From the human T2T-CHM13v2.0 reference genome, Homo sapiens, in the NCBI RefSeq assembly GCF_009914755.1, contig NC_060940.1: a stretch of DNA of 64,000 nucleotides; one strand, 5' to 3'. Positions 1 through 15,300 of this stretch are shown here, piece by piece. The position numbers were made by a program, and so were the translations under genes. The notes beneath the pieces were generated by a model. That model was given only the letters and a program-made list of their open reading frames with translations, was not told the origin of the DNA and searched no databases. Each line of letters starts with the position of its first letter. Within the stretch, counting starts at the first letter, position 1.

Positions 1-3000
1 TTAGAAGTTTCTGTTCAATTACATTCCATGACGATTCCGTTAGAGTCCATTTGATGATTCCATTAGACTCCATTCGAGGATGATTCCATTCGATGTTATT
101 CGATGATTCCATTCGATTTCATTCGATGATGATTCCATTCAACTCCATTCGATGTTTCCATTCGAGTTCATTCTATTAATCCATTAGATTCCGTTCGATG
201 ATGATTCCATTCGATTCCATTTGATGATTGCATTCTATTTCATTTGATGATGATTCCATTCGAGTCCATTCGATGATTCCATTCGAGTCCATTTAATGAA
301 TCCATTGGTTTCAATTCTATGATGATTACATTGGATTCCATTCGTTGATGATTTCATTCGATTCCATTCAATGATGATTCCATTCAATTCCTTGCAATGT
401 TTCCATTCAATTCCATACGATGATGATTCCATTTGATTTGATTCGACAGTGAGCCATTCGATTCAATTCCATGATGATTGTATTTGATTCAATTGGTTGA
501 CATTTCCATTCGATTCCACTCGATGATGATTCAATTTGATTCCATTCTAGCCCATTCAATCATTCCATTCGATTCTATTCAATGATGATTCCATTCATGT
601 CGATTTGGTGATTCCATTTGACTTCATTTGATGATGATTCCTTTCAAGTTCATTAGATGATTCCATTCGATTCCATTTGATGATGATCTCATTCGAGTCC
701 ATTCCGTGATTCCATTCCTTTCCATTCCATGATGATTCCATTCCATTCCATTCAATGATTCCATTCGATTCCGTTTGATGATGATTTCTTTCGAGTCCAT
801 TTGATGATTCCATTCGATGATGATTCCATTCGGGTCCATTAGATGATTCTATTCGAATCCATTTGATGATTTCTTTTGATTATAGTTGGTGATGATTCCA
901 TTGGAGTCCATTCAATGATTCCATTCGATTCCAATCGATGATTATTCCATTAGAGTCCATTTAATGATTCCATTTGATTCCAGTCTGATGATTACATTCG
1001 AGTCCATACGATGATTCCACTCAATTCCATATGATGATGATTCCATTCGATTCCATTCGATGATTCCATTCTATTCTATTCAATGGTGATTCCATTCGAG
1101 TACATTAGATGATTCCATTCGATTCCATTCAATGATGATTCTATTTGTGTCCCTTAGATGATTCCACATGATTCCATTAGATGATGATACTATTTGAGCC
1201 CATCCAATGATTCCCTTCGATTCCATTCGATGAGGATTCCATTCGATTCAATTCATTGGTGATTCTATTCAATGCAATTCTTTGATTCCATTCCGTTCCA
1301 TTCGACAATGATTCCATTCTATTTCTTTCGATGATTCCACTCGATTCCACTTGACATTGATTCCATTCGATTCCATTCAATGATTCCATTTGATTCCAGT
1401 GGATGATGATTGCCATCGATTCCATTTGATAACTCCATTCTATTCCATTTGATGATGATTACATTCGATTCCATTTGATGATTCCATCTGATTCTATTCA
1501 AGGATTCCAATTGATCCCATTCGATGATGATTCCATTCGAGTCCATTCGATGATTTCATTCGAGTACATCCAATGATTCCATTCGAGTCCATTTGATGAT
1601 TCCATTTGATTCCATTTGATTATGATTCTACTAGAGTCCATTCAATGACTCCATTCGAGTCCATTCAACAATTCCATTCGAGTCCATTCGATGATTCCAT
1701 TCGATTCCATTTGATGATTCCATTCGAGTCCATTTAATCATTACAGTCGAGTCCATTTGGTGATTCCACTGGATTTCTTTTGATAATGATACCATTCAAT
1801 TACATTTGATGATGATCCCATTCAATTTCATTTGATGATGATTCCATTAAAGTCCATTCGATGATTTCATTCGAGCCCCTTCATTGATTCCATCCGATTT
1901 CATTTCATGATGACTCCATTCGAGTCCATTCGATGATTCCACTCGATTCCATTAGATGATTCCATTGGAGTCCATTTGATTGTTCCATTCGATTCCATTC
2001 GATTCCTTTCGAAGATTATTCCATTTGAGTCCATTCGATGATGATTCCATTCCATTCCATTCGATGATTCCGTTTGATTCCATTCGATGCTTCCCTTCGA
2101 TTCCTATCTTTGATGATTCCATTCCATTCCATTCAATGATTCCATTCGAATCTATTCCATGATGATTCCTTTCGATTCCATTCGCTGATGTTTCCGTTCA
2201 ATTCCATTCGATGATGATTCCATTCGATTCCATTCATTGAGGATTCCATTTCATTCCATTCAATGATGATTCCATTCTATTCCATTCAATGATTGCATTC
2301 AATTCCATTCAATGATCATCCCCTTAGAGTAAACTCAACGATTCCATTCAATACCATTCGATGATGATTCCTTTTGAGTCCATTCAATGATTTCATTCAA
2401 GTCCATTTGATGATTCCTTTCAATTCCATTCTATGATGATTCCATTCGAGTCCATTCGATGATTCCATTCGATTACATTCGACGATTCCATTATATTCCA
2501 TTCAACGATGATTCCATTCGAGTCCATTCGATGATTCCATTAGAGTACATTTAATGATTGCTTTGTTTTCAATTCGAAGATGATTACATTGGATTCCATT
2601 CTGTGATACCATTCGATTCCATTCAATGATGATTCCACTCAAATCCATTGGATGATTCCATTCGTGTCCATTCGGTGATTTCATTAGATTCCATTCGAGG
2701 ATGATTCCTTTCGATTCCATTCGATGATTCCATTCAATTCCATTCGATGATGATTCCATTCGAGTCCATATGATCATTCCATTTGATTTCATTCGATGAT
2801 GATTCCATTCGATTCCATTCGATGATTCCATTCTATTCCATTCGATGATGATTCCATTCGAGTCCATTCGATGATTCCATTCGAGTCCATTTAATGATTC
2901 CATTGGGTTCAATTCAATGATGATTACATTGGATTCCGTTCTATGATTCCATTCAATTCCGTTCATTGACAATTTGATTCCATTCGATGATGATTCCATT

Positions 3001-4552
3001 TGAGTTCATTCGATGATTCTATTCGATTCTCTTCGATGGTGATTGAATTCTATTATATTGGATGAATCCATTCGATTCCATTTGATGTTGATTCAATTCG
3101 ATTCTATTCGATGATGATTCCATTTGATTTCATTTGATGATGATTCCATTCGATGATGATTACATTGGATTCCATTCTATGATTCCATTCAATTCCATTC
3201 GTTGATGATTCGATTCCATTCAATGATGATTCCATTTGAGTTCATTCGATGATTCTATTCGATTCCGTTCGATGGTGATTCAATTCTCTTATATTGGATG
3301 ATTCCACTCGATTCCATTTGATGATTATTCCATTGGAGTCCACTTAGTGAATCCTTTAGATTCTACTCGAAGATGATTTCATTCGAGTCCATTCGATGAT
3401 ACTATTCAATTCTATTCGTTGATGCTTCCATTCAAGTGCATTCGATGATATCATTCGATTCCATTTGATGATAATTCCATTTGATTCCATGCGATGATTC
3501 TATTCGATACCATTCAATGATAATTCCATTCAATTCAGTGATTCCTCTGGACTCCATTTGATGATGATTCCATTCAATGATTCCATTCGATTCTATTCGA
3601 AAATGATTCCATTTGAATCCATTTGATGATGATTCCATTGGATTCCATTTGATGATTCCATTCGATTCCATTCGACGATGATTCCATTCGATTCCATTTG
3701 ATGATTCCATTCTATTCTATTCGATGATGTTTCCATTCGATTCCATTCGATGATGATTGGATTCGATTCCATTTGATTATTTCATTTCATTCCATTCGTT
3801 AATGATTACGATCAATTCCATTCAATGATTCCATTCGATTCCATTCGATAATGATTACATCCGTGTCCATTCGATGATTCCATTTGAGCCTGTTCGATAA
3901 TTCCATTTGAGTCCAACCAATGATTCCATTCATTTCCATTCAATGATTCCATTCGAGTCCATTTGATCATTCCGGTAGGGTCCATTCGATGTTGATTCCA
4001 TTGGAGTGCATTAGATGATTCCATTCGAATCCATTCGATGATTCCATTCGATTCCATTCGATGTTGATTCTGTTCAAATCCATTCGATGATTCCACTCGA
4101 TTCCATTCGATGACTCCATTTGATCCCATTCGATGATTTCCTTTGATTCCCTTTGATGATCATTCCATTTGATTCAATTCGGTGATTTCATTTGATTCCA
4201 TTCAGTGATGTTTCCATTCGACTCCATTCGATGATGATTCCATTCGACTCCATTCGATTATGATTTCATTCAATTCCATTCGATAATGATTCCCTTCGAG
4301 TCCATTCGATGATTCCATTCGATTCCATTCAACGATGATTTGATTCGTGTCCATTCGATGATTCCATTTGATTCCACTTGATGATGATTCCATTCGAGTC
4401 CATTTGATGATTCCATTCAATTCCATACTCCGATGATTTCTTTTGAGCCCACTCAATGCTTCCACTCGATTCCATATGATGATGACTCCATTCGATGAAA
4501 TTCGATGATGATTCCATTCGCTTGCTTTCAATGATGATTCCACTTGAGTCCG
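1..4552 (+). repeat. Unit 1, 4552-bp variant (6112-16-10-2-374-1158)
   Basis: Landmark TTAGAAG at 1 and 4553. Small deletions near 540, 810 and 984. The 374-bp deletion junction is at ~3113-3124 and the 1158-bp junction at 4004-4012. Offsets of the homologous pseudo-ORFs give the same sums. Confidence 0.88.
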
Positions 4553-7500
4553 TTAGAAGATTCTATTCAATTTCATTCCATGACGATTCCGTTCGTGTCA
4601 ATTTGATGATTCCATTAGACTCCATTCGACGATGATTCCATTCGATGTTATTCCATGATTCCATTCGATCTCATTCGTTGATGATTCCATTCAACTCCAT
4701 TCGATGTTTCCATTCGAGTTCATTCTATTATTCCATTAGATTCCATTCGATGATGATTCCATTCGATTCCATTTGATGATTGCATTCTATTTCATTTGAT
4801 GATGATTCCATTCGAGTCCACTCGATGATTCCATTCGAGTCCATTTAATGAATCCATTGGTTTCAATTCTATGATGATTACATTGGATTCCATTCGTTGA
4901 TGATTTCATTCGGTTCCATTCAATGATGATTCTATTCAATTCCTTTCAATGTTTCCATTCAATTCCATACGATGATGATTCCATTTGATTTGATTCGACA
5001 GTGAGCCATTCGATTCAATTCCATGATGTTTCTATTTGATTCAATTGGTTGACATTTCCATTCGATTCCATTCGATGATGATTCCCTTTGATTCCATTCA
5101 AAGATGATTCCATTCTAGCCCATTCAATCATTCCATTCGATTCTATTCAATGATGATTCCATTCATGTCGATTTGGTGATTCCATTTGACTTCATTTGAT
5201 GATGATTCCTTTCAAGTTCATTAGATGATTCCATTCGATTCCAATTGATGATGATCCCATTCGAGTCCATTCAGTGATTCCATTCGTTTCCATTCCATGA
5301 TGATTCCATTCCATTCCATGCAATGATTCCATTCGATTCCGTTTGATGATGATTTCATTCGAGTCCATTTTATGATTCCATTTGATTCCATTCGATGATG
5401 ATTCCATTCGAGTCCATTCGATGATTCCATTCGATTGCATTCCATGATTCCATTATATTCCATTCAACGATGATTCCATTCGAGTCCATTCGATGATTCC
5501 ATTAGAGTACATTTAATGATTGCTTTGTTTTCAATTCGAAGATGATTACATTCGATTCCATTCTATGGTACCATTCGATTCCATTCAATGATGACTCCAC
5601 TCAAATCCATTGGATGATTCCATTCGTGTCCATTCGGTGATTTCATTAGATTCCATTCGAGGATGATTCCATTCGATTCCATTCGATGATTCCATTCAAT
5701 TCCATTCGATGATGATTCCATTCCAGTCCATATGATCATTCCATTTAATTTCATTCGATGATGATTCCATTCGATTCCATTCGACGATTCCATTCTATTC
5801 ATTTCGATGATGATTCCATTCGAGTCCATTCGATGATTCCATTCGAGTCCATTTAATGATTCCATTGGGTTCAATTAAATGATGATTACATTGGATTCCG
5901 TTCTATGATTCCATTCAATTCCGTTCATTGACAATTTGATTCCATTCGATGATGATTCCATTTGAGTTCATTCGATGATTCTATTCGATTCTCTTCGATG
6001 GTGATTCAATTCTATTATATTGGATGATTCCATTCGATTCCATTTGATGTTGATTCAATTCGATTCTATTCGATGATGATTCCATTGGATTTCACTTGAT
6101 GATTCTATTCGATTCCATTCAATGATGATTCACTTCTCGTCCATTGGATGATTCCATTTCATTCCATTCGATGATGATTCCATTCGATTCCATTCGATGA
6201 TTCCATTTGATTCCATGCGACGGTGAGCAATTTGATTCAATTCCATGATGATTCTATTTGATTCAATTAGATGATGTTTCCATTCGAATCCATTCCATGA
6301 TTATTCCATTGGAATCCATTCGGTGATGATTCCATATGAGTCAATTCAATGATGATTCCATATGGGTCCGTTCGATGATAATTCCATTTGATTTCATTCG
6401 ATGCTTCTATTCAATTCCAGTTGATGATGATTCCGTTGGAGTCCATACGATGATTCCATTTGATTTCATTTCATGATGATTCCATTCGATTCCATTCGAT
6501 GATGATTACATTGGATTCCATTCTATGATTCCATTCAATTCCATTCGTTGATGATTCGATTCCCTTCAATGATGATTCCACTTGAGTTCATTCGATTATT
6601 CTATTCGATTCCGTTCGATGGTGATTCAATTCTCTTATATTGGATGATTCCACTCGATTCCATTTGATGATTATTCCATTGGAGTCCACTTAGTGAATCC
6701 TTTAGATTCTACTCGAAGATGATTCCATTCGAGTCCATTCGATGATACCAATCAATTCCATTCGTTGATGCTTCCATTCAATTGCATTCGATGATATCAT
6801 TCGATTCCATTTGATGATAATTCCATTTGATTCCATGCGATGATTCTATTCGATTCCATTCAATGATAATTCCATTCAATTCAGTGATTCCTCTGGACTC
6901 CATTTGATGATGATTCCATTCAATGATTCCATTTGATTCTATTCGAAAATGATTCCATTTGAATCCATTTGATGATGATTCCATTAGATTCCATTTGATG
7001 ATTCCATTCGATTCCATTCGCCGATGATTCCATTCGATTCCATTTGATGATTCCATTCTATTCTATTCGATGATGATTCCATTCGATTCCATTCGATGAT
7101 GATTGGATTCGATTCCTTTTGATGACTTCATTTGATTCCATTCGTTAATGATTTCGATCAATTCCATTCGATGATTCCATTCGATTCCATTCGATAATGA
7201 TTACATCCGAGTCCATTCGATGATTCCATTTGAGCCCGTTCGATAATTCCATTTGAGTCCAATCAATGATTCCATTCATTTCCATTCAATGATTCCATTC
7301 GAGTCCATTTGATCATTCCGGTAGGGTCCATTCGATGTTGATTCCATTGGAGTGCATTCGATGATTCCATTCGAGTCCATTTTAGGATTTGATTCGAGTC
7401 CTTTCGATGATTCCATTCGACTCCACTCGATGATGATTTCATTCGAGTCCATTCGACACTTCCAATCGATTCCATTTGATGTTTCCTTTCGAGTCCAATT

Positions 7501-9056
7501 GATGATTCCATTCAATTCCATTCGATGATGATTCCGTACGGTTCCATTCTGTGATGATTCCATGTGATTGCATTCAATGATGATTCCTTTCGATTGCATT
7601 CGATTATGATTCATTTCGTGTTCATTCTATGGTTCCACAGGTTTCCATTCGTGTCCATTCCATTATTCCATTCTATTCCATTTGATGATGATTCCATTCG
7701 ATTCCATTCATTGGTGATTCCACTCAATTCCATTCAATGATTCCATTCCATTTCTTTCAACAATGATTCCATTACTTTCTAATCGATGATCCACTTGATT
7801 CTATTTGACGACGATTCCATTCTTGTCCATTCGATGATTCCATTTGATTCCATATGATGATGATTCCATTCGATTCCATACGATGATGATTCCATTGGAG
7901 TCCATTCAATGGTGATTCCATTCAATTCCATTCGATGATTCCTTTCGATTCCATTCGATGATGATGGCATTCGATTCCTTTCAATCATTCCCTTTGATTC
8001 CATTCAAAGGTGATTTCATTCAAGTCCATTGGATAATTGCATTCGATTCCATTCTATGATGATTCCATTCGAGTCCATTTGATGATTCCATTCAATTCAA
8101 GTCAATGATGATTCCATTCGATTCCATTCGATGATTCCATTGGATTTCATTCGATGATAATTCCATTCAAATCCTTTCGATAATTCAATTCAAGTCCATT
8201 CGATGATGATTCCAATCGAATCCATTCAAAAATTCCATTCAGTTCCATTCGATGATTCCCTTAGATTCCATTCGATGATTCCACTTGATTCCATTTACGA
8301 TGATTCCATTCGATTCCATGTGATGATTCCATTCAATTCTATTCAATGATGTTTCCATTTGATTCCATTCGACCATGATTGCCTTTGATTCCATTCAATG
8401 ATTCCATTCGGTTCCTTTTGATGATGATTCCGTTCGATTCCATTTGATGATTCCATTTGATTCCATTGGATGAGTCCATTCGATTACATTCGATGATAAT
8501 TCCATTCGAGTGCATTAGATGATTCCATTCGAGTCCATTCGATGATTCCATTCGATTCCATTCGATGTTGATTCTGTTCAAATCCATTCGATGATTCCAC
8601 TCGATTCCATTCGATGACTCCATTTGATCCCATTCAATGATTTCCTGTGATTCCCTTTGATGATCATTCCATTTGATTCAATTCGGTGATTTCATTTGAT
8701 TCCATTCAGTGATGTTTCCATTCGACTCCATTCGATGATGATTCCATTCGACTCCATTCGATTATGATTTCATTCAATTCCATTCGATAATGATTCCCTT
8801 CGAGTCCATTCGATGATTCCATTCGATTCCATTCAACGATGATTTGATTCGTGTCCATTCGATGATTCCATTTGATTCCACTTGATGATGATTCCATTCC
8901 AGTCCATTTGATGATTCCATTCAATTCCATTCTCCGATGATTTCTTTTGAGCCCACTCAATGCTTCCACTCGATTCCATATGATGATGACTCCATTCGAT
9001 GAAATTCGATGATGATTCCATTCGCTTGCTTTCGATGATGATTCCACTTGAGTCCG
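4553..9056 (+). repeat. Unit 2, 4504-bp variant (6112-1618+10)
   Basis: 1618-bp deletion junction at 5395-5427. Extra TCCATTCGAT decamer at ~6481-6500. Confidence 0.9.
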
Positions 9057-12000
9057 TTAGAAGATTCTATTCAATTACATTCCATGACGATTCCGTTCGA
9101 GTCCATTTGATGATTCCATTAGACTCCATTCGACGATGATTCCATTCGATGTTATTCGATGATTCCATTCGATCTCATTCGTTGATGATTCCATTCAACT
9201 CCATTCGATGTTTCCATTCGAGTTCATTCTATTATTCCATTAGATTCCATTCGATGATGATTCCATTCGATTCCATTTGATGATTGCATTCTATTTCATT
9301 TGATGATGATTCCATTCGAGTCCACTCGATGATTCCATTCGAGTCCATTTAATGAATCCATTGGTTTCAATTCTATGATGATTACATTGGATTCCATTCG
9401 TTGATGATTTCATTCGGTTCCATTCAATGATGATTCTATTCAATTCCTTTCAATGTTTCCATTCAATTCCATACGATGATGATTCCGTTTGATTTGATTC
9501 GACAGTGAGCCATTCGATTCAATTCCATGATGTTTCTATTTGATTCAATTGGTTGACATTTCCATTCGATTCCATTCGATGATGATTCCCTTTGATTCCA
9601 TTCAAAGATGATTCCATTCTAGCCCATTCAATCATTCCATTCGATTCTATTCAATGATGATTCCATTCATGTCGATTTGGTGATTCCATTTGACTTCATT
9701 TGATGATGATTCCTTTCAAGTTCATTAGAAGATTCCATTCGATTCCAATTGATGATGATCCCATTCGAGTCCATTCAGTGATTCCATTCGTTTCCATTCC
9801 ATGATGATTCCATTCCATTCCATGCAATGATTCCATTCGATTCCGTTTGATGATGATTTCATTCGAGTCCATTTGATGATTCCATTTGATTCCATTCGAT
9901 GATGATTCCATTCGAGTCCATTCGATGATTCCATTCGATTGCATTCGATTATTCCATTATATTCTATTCAACGATGATTCCATTCGAGTCCATTCGATGA
10001 TTCCATTAGAGTACATTTAATGATTGCTTTGTTTTCAATTCGAAGATGATTACATTCGATTCCATTCTATGATACCATTCGAATCCATTCAATGATGACT
10101 CCACTCAAATCCATTGGATGATTCCATTCGTGTCCATTCGGTGATTTCATTAGATTCCATTCGAGGATGATTCCATTCGATTCCATTCGATGATTCCATT
10201 CAATTCCATTCGATGATGATTCCATTCGAGTCCATATGATCATTCCATTTAATTTCATTCGATGATGATTCCATTCGATTCCATTCGACGATTCCATTCT
10301 ATTCCATTCGATGATGATTCCATTCGAGTCCATTCGATGATTCCATTCGAGTCCATTTAATGATTCCATTGGGTTCAATTCAATGATGATTACATTGGAT
10401 TCCGTTCTATGATTCCATTCCATTCCGTTCATTGACAATTTGATTCCATTCGATGATGATTCCATTTGAGTTCATTCGATGATTCTATTCGATTCTCTTC
10501 GATGGTGATTCAATTCTATTATATTGGATGAATCCATTCGATTCCATTTGATGTTGATTCAATTCGATTCTATTCGATGATGATTCCATTGGATTTCACT
10601 TGATGATTCTATTCGATTCCATTCAATGATGATTCACTTCTCGTCCATTGGATGATTCCATTTCATTCCATTCGATGATGATTCCATTCGATTCCATTCG
10701 ATGATTCCATTTGATTCCATGTGACAGTGAGCAATTCGATTCAATTCCATGATGATTCTATTTGATTCAATTAGATGATGTTTCCATTCGAATCCATTCC
10801 ATGATTATTCCATTGGAATCCATTCGGCGATGATTCCTTATGAGTCAATTCAATGATGATTCCATATGGGTCCGTTCGATGATAATTCCATTTGATTTCA
10901 TTCGATGCTTCTATTCTATTCCAGTCGATGATGATTCCGTTGGAGTCCATACGATGATTCCATTTGATTTCATTTGATGATGATTCCATTCGATGATGAT
11001 TGCATTGGATTCCATTCTATGATTCCATTCAATTCCATTCGTTGATGATTCGATTCCATTCAATGATGATTCCATTTGAGTTCATTCGATGATTCTATTC
11101 GATTCCGTTCGATGGTGATTCAATTCTCTTATATTGGATGATTCCACTCGATTCCATTTGATGATTATTCCATTGGAGTCCACTTAGTGAATCCTTTAGA
11201 TTCTACTCGAAGATGATTCCATTCGAGTCCATTCGATGATACCATTCAATTCCATTCGTTGATGCTTCCATTCAAGTGCATTCGATGATATCATTCGATT
11301 CCATTTGATGATAATTCCATTTGATTCCATGCGATGATTCTATTCGATTCCATTCAATGATAATTCCATTCAATTCAGTGATTCCTCTGGACTCCATTTG
11401 ATGATGATTCCATTCAATGATTCCATTCGATTCTATTCGAAAATGATTCCATTTGAATCCATTTGATGATGATTCCATTGGATTCCATTTGATGATTCCA
11501 TTCGATTCCATTCGACGATGATTCCATTCGATTCCATTTGATGATTCCATTCTATTCTATTCGATGATGATTCCATTTGATTCCATTCGATGATGATTGG
11601 ATTCGATTCCATTTGATTATTTCATTTCATTCCATTCGTTAATGATTTTGATCAATTCCATTCAATGATTCCATTCGATTCCATTCGATAATGATTACAT
11701 CCGAGTCCATTCGATGATTCCATTTGAGCCTGTTCGATAATTCCATTTGAGTCCAACCAATGATTCCATTCATTTCCATTCAATGATTCCATTCGAGTCC
11801 ATTTGATCATTCCGGTAGGGTCCATTCGATGTTGATTCCATTGGAGTGCATTAGATGATTCCATTCGAATCCATTCGATGATTCCATTCGATTCCATTCG
11901 ATGTTGATTCTGTTCAAATCCATTCGATGATTCCACTCGATTCCATTCGATGACTCCATTTGATCCCATTCGATGATTTCCTTTGATTCCCTTTGATGAT

Positions 12001-12392
12001 CATTCCATTTGATTCAATTCGGTGATTTCATTTGATTCCATTCAGTGATGTTTCCATTCGACTCCATTCGATGATGATTCCATTCGACTCCATTCGATTA
12101 TGATTTCATTCAATTCCATTCGATAATGATTCCCTTCGAGTCCATTCGATGATTCCATTCGATTCCATTCAACGATGATTTGATTCGTGTCCATTCGATG
12201 ATTCCATTTGATTCCACTTGATGATGATTCCATTCCAGTCCATTTGATGATTCCATTCAATTCCATTCTCCGATGATTTCTTTTGAGCCCACTCAATGCT
12301 TCCACTCGATTCCATATGATGATGACTCCATTCGATGAAATTCGATGATGATTCCATTCGCTTGCTTTCGATGATGATTCCACTTGAGTCCG
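9057..12392 (+). repeat. Unit 3, 3336-bp double-deletion variant (6112-1618-1158)
   Basis: Junctions at 9899-9931 and 11844-11852 are the same as those in units 2 and 1 respectively. Confidence 0.92.
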
Positions 12393-15300
12393 TTAGAAGA
12401 TTCTATTCAATTACATTCCATGACGATTCCGTTCGAGTCCATTTGATGATTCCATTAGACTCCATTCGACGATGATTCCATTCGATGTTATTCGATGATT
12501 CCATTCGATCTCATTCGTTGATGATTCCATTCAACTCCATTCGATGTTTCCATTCGAGTTCATTCTATTATTCCATTAGATTCCATTCGATGATGATTCC
12601 ATTCGATTCCATTTGATGATTGCATTCTATTTCATTTGATGATGATTCCATTCGAGTCCACTCGATGATTCCATTCGAGTCCATTTAATGAATCCATTGG
12701 TTTCAATTCTATGATGATTACATTGGATTCCATTCGTTGATGATTTCATTCGGTTCCATTCAATGATGATTCTATTCAATTCCTTTCAATGTTTCCATTC
12801 AATTCCATACGATGATGATTCCGTTTGATTTGATTCGACAGTGAGCCATTCGATTCAATTCCATGATGTTTCTATTTGATTCAATTGGTTGACATTTCCA
12901 TTCGATTCCATTCGATGATGATTCCCTTTGATTCCATTCAAAGATGATTCCATTCTAGCCCATTCAATCATTCCATTCGATTCTATTCAATGATGATTCC
13001 ATTCATGTCGATTTGGTGATTCCATTTGACTTCATTTGATGATGATTCCTTTCAAGTTCATTAGAAGATTCCATTCGATTCCAATTGATGATGATCCCAT
13101 TCGAGTCCATTCAGTGATTCCATTCGTTTCCATTCCATGATGATTCCATTCCATTCCATGCAATGATTCCATTCGATTCCGTTTGATGATGATTTCATTC
13201 GAGTCCATTTGATGATTCCATTTGATTCCATTCGATGATGATTCCATTCGAGTCCATTCGATGATTCCATTCGATTGCATTCGATTATTCCATTATATTT
13301 TATTCAACGATGATTCCATTCGAGTCCATTCGATGATTCCATTAGAGTACATTTAATGATTGCTTTGTTTTCAATTCGAAGATGATTACATTCGATTCCA
13401 TTCTATGATACCATTCGAATCCATTCAATGATGACTCCACTCAAATCCATTGGATGATTCCATTCGTGTCCATTCGGTGATTTCATTAGATTCCATTCGA
13501 GGATGATTCCATTCGATTCCATTCGATGATTCCATTCAATTCCATTCGATGATGATTCCATTCGAGTCCATATGATCATTCCATTTAATTTCATTCGATG
13601 ATGATTCCATTCGATTCCATTCGACGATTCCATTCTATTCCATTCGATGATGATTCCATTCGATTCCATTCGACGATTCCATTCTATTCCATTCGATGAT
13701 GATTCCATTCGAGTCCATTCGATGATTCCATTCGAGTCCATTTAATGATTCCATTGGGTTCAATTCAATGATGATTACATTGGATTCCGTTCTATGATTC
13801 CATTCCATTCCGTTCATTGACAATTTGATTCCATTCGATGATGATTCCATTTGAGTTCATTCGATGATTCTATTCGATTCTCTTCGATGGTGATTCAATT
13901 CTATTATATTGGATGAATCCATTCGATTCCATTTGATGTTGATTCAATTCGATTCTATTCGATGATGATTCCATTGGATTTCACTTGATGATTCTATTCG
14001 ATTCCATTCAATGATGATTCACTTCTCGTCCATTGGATGATTCCATTTCATTCCATTCGATGATGATTCCATTCGATTCCATTCGATGATTCCATTTGAT
14101 TCCATGTGACAGTGAGCAATTCGATTCAATTCCATGATGATTCTATTTGATTCAATTAGATGATGTTTCCATTCGAATCCATTCCATGATTATTCCATTG
14201 GAATCCATTCGGCGATGATTCCTTATGAGTCAATTCAATGATGATTCCATATGGGTCCGTTCGATGATAATTCCATTTGATTTCATTCGATGCTTCTATT
14301 CTATTCCAGTCGATGATGATTCCGTTGGAGTCCATACGATGATTCCATTTGATTTCATTTGATGATGATTCCATTCGATGATGATTGCATTGGATTCCAT
14401 TCTATGATTCCATTCAATTCCATTCGTTGATGATTCGATTCCATTCAATGATGATTCCATTTGAGTTCATTCGATGATTCTATTCGATTCCGTTCGATGG
14501 TGATTCAATTCTCTTATATTGGATGATTCCACTCGATTCCATTTGATGATTATTCCATTGGAGTCCACTTAGTGAATCCTTTAGATTCTACTCGAAGATG
14601 ATTCCATTCGAGTCCATTCGATGATACCATTCAATTCCATTCGTTGATGCTTCCATTCAAGTGCATTCGATGATATCATTCGATTCCATTTGATGATAAT
14701 TCCATTTGATTCCATGCGATGATTCTATTCGATTCCATTCAATGATAATTCCATTCAATTCAGTGATTCCTCTGGACTCCATTTGATGATGATTCCATTC
14801 AATGATTCCATTCGATTCTATTCGAAAATGATTCCATTTGAATCCATTTGATGATGATTCCATTGGATTCCATTTGATGATTCCATTCGATTCCATTCGA
14901 CGATGATTCCATTCGATTCCATTTGATGATTCCATTCTATTCTATTCGATGATGATTCCATTTGATTCCATTCGATGATGATTGGATTCGATTCCATTTG
15001 ATTATTTCATTTCATTCCATTCGTTAATGATTTTGATCAATTCCATTCAATGATTCCATTCGATTCCATTCGATAATGATTACATCCGAGTCCATTCGAT
15101 GATTCCATTTGAGCCTGTTCGATAATTCCATTTGAGTCCAACCAATGATTCCATTCATTTCCATTCAATGATTCCATTCGAGTCCATTTGATCATTCCGG
15201 TAGGGTCCATTCGATGTTGATTCCATTGGAGTGCATTAGATGATTCCATTCGAATCCATTCGATGATTCCATTCGATTCCATTCGATGTTGATTCTGTTC

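Noticed and set aside
1980-2162. Only plus-strand ORF (60 aa, MFHSIPFDSF...)
   Set aside because: Chance loss of TGA stops in satellite sequence. It is not reported in the homologous segments of the other units.
9057-12392. Idea that segments retained in all variants define a selected functional core
   Set aside because: Only four independent large deletions are seen, too few to distinguish selection from chance.
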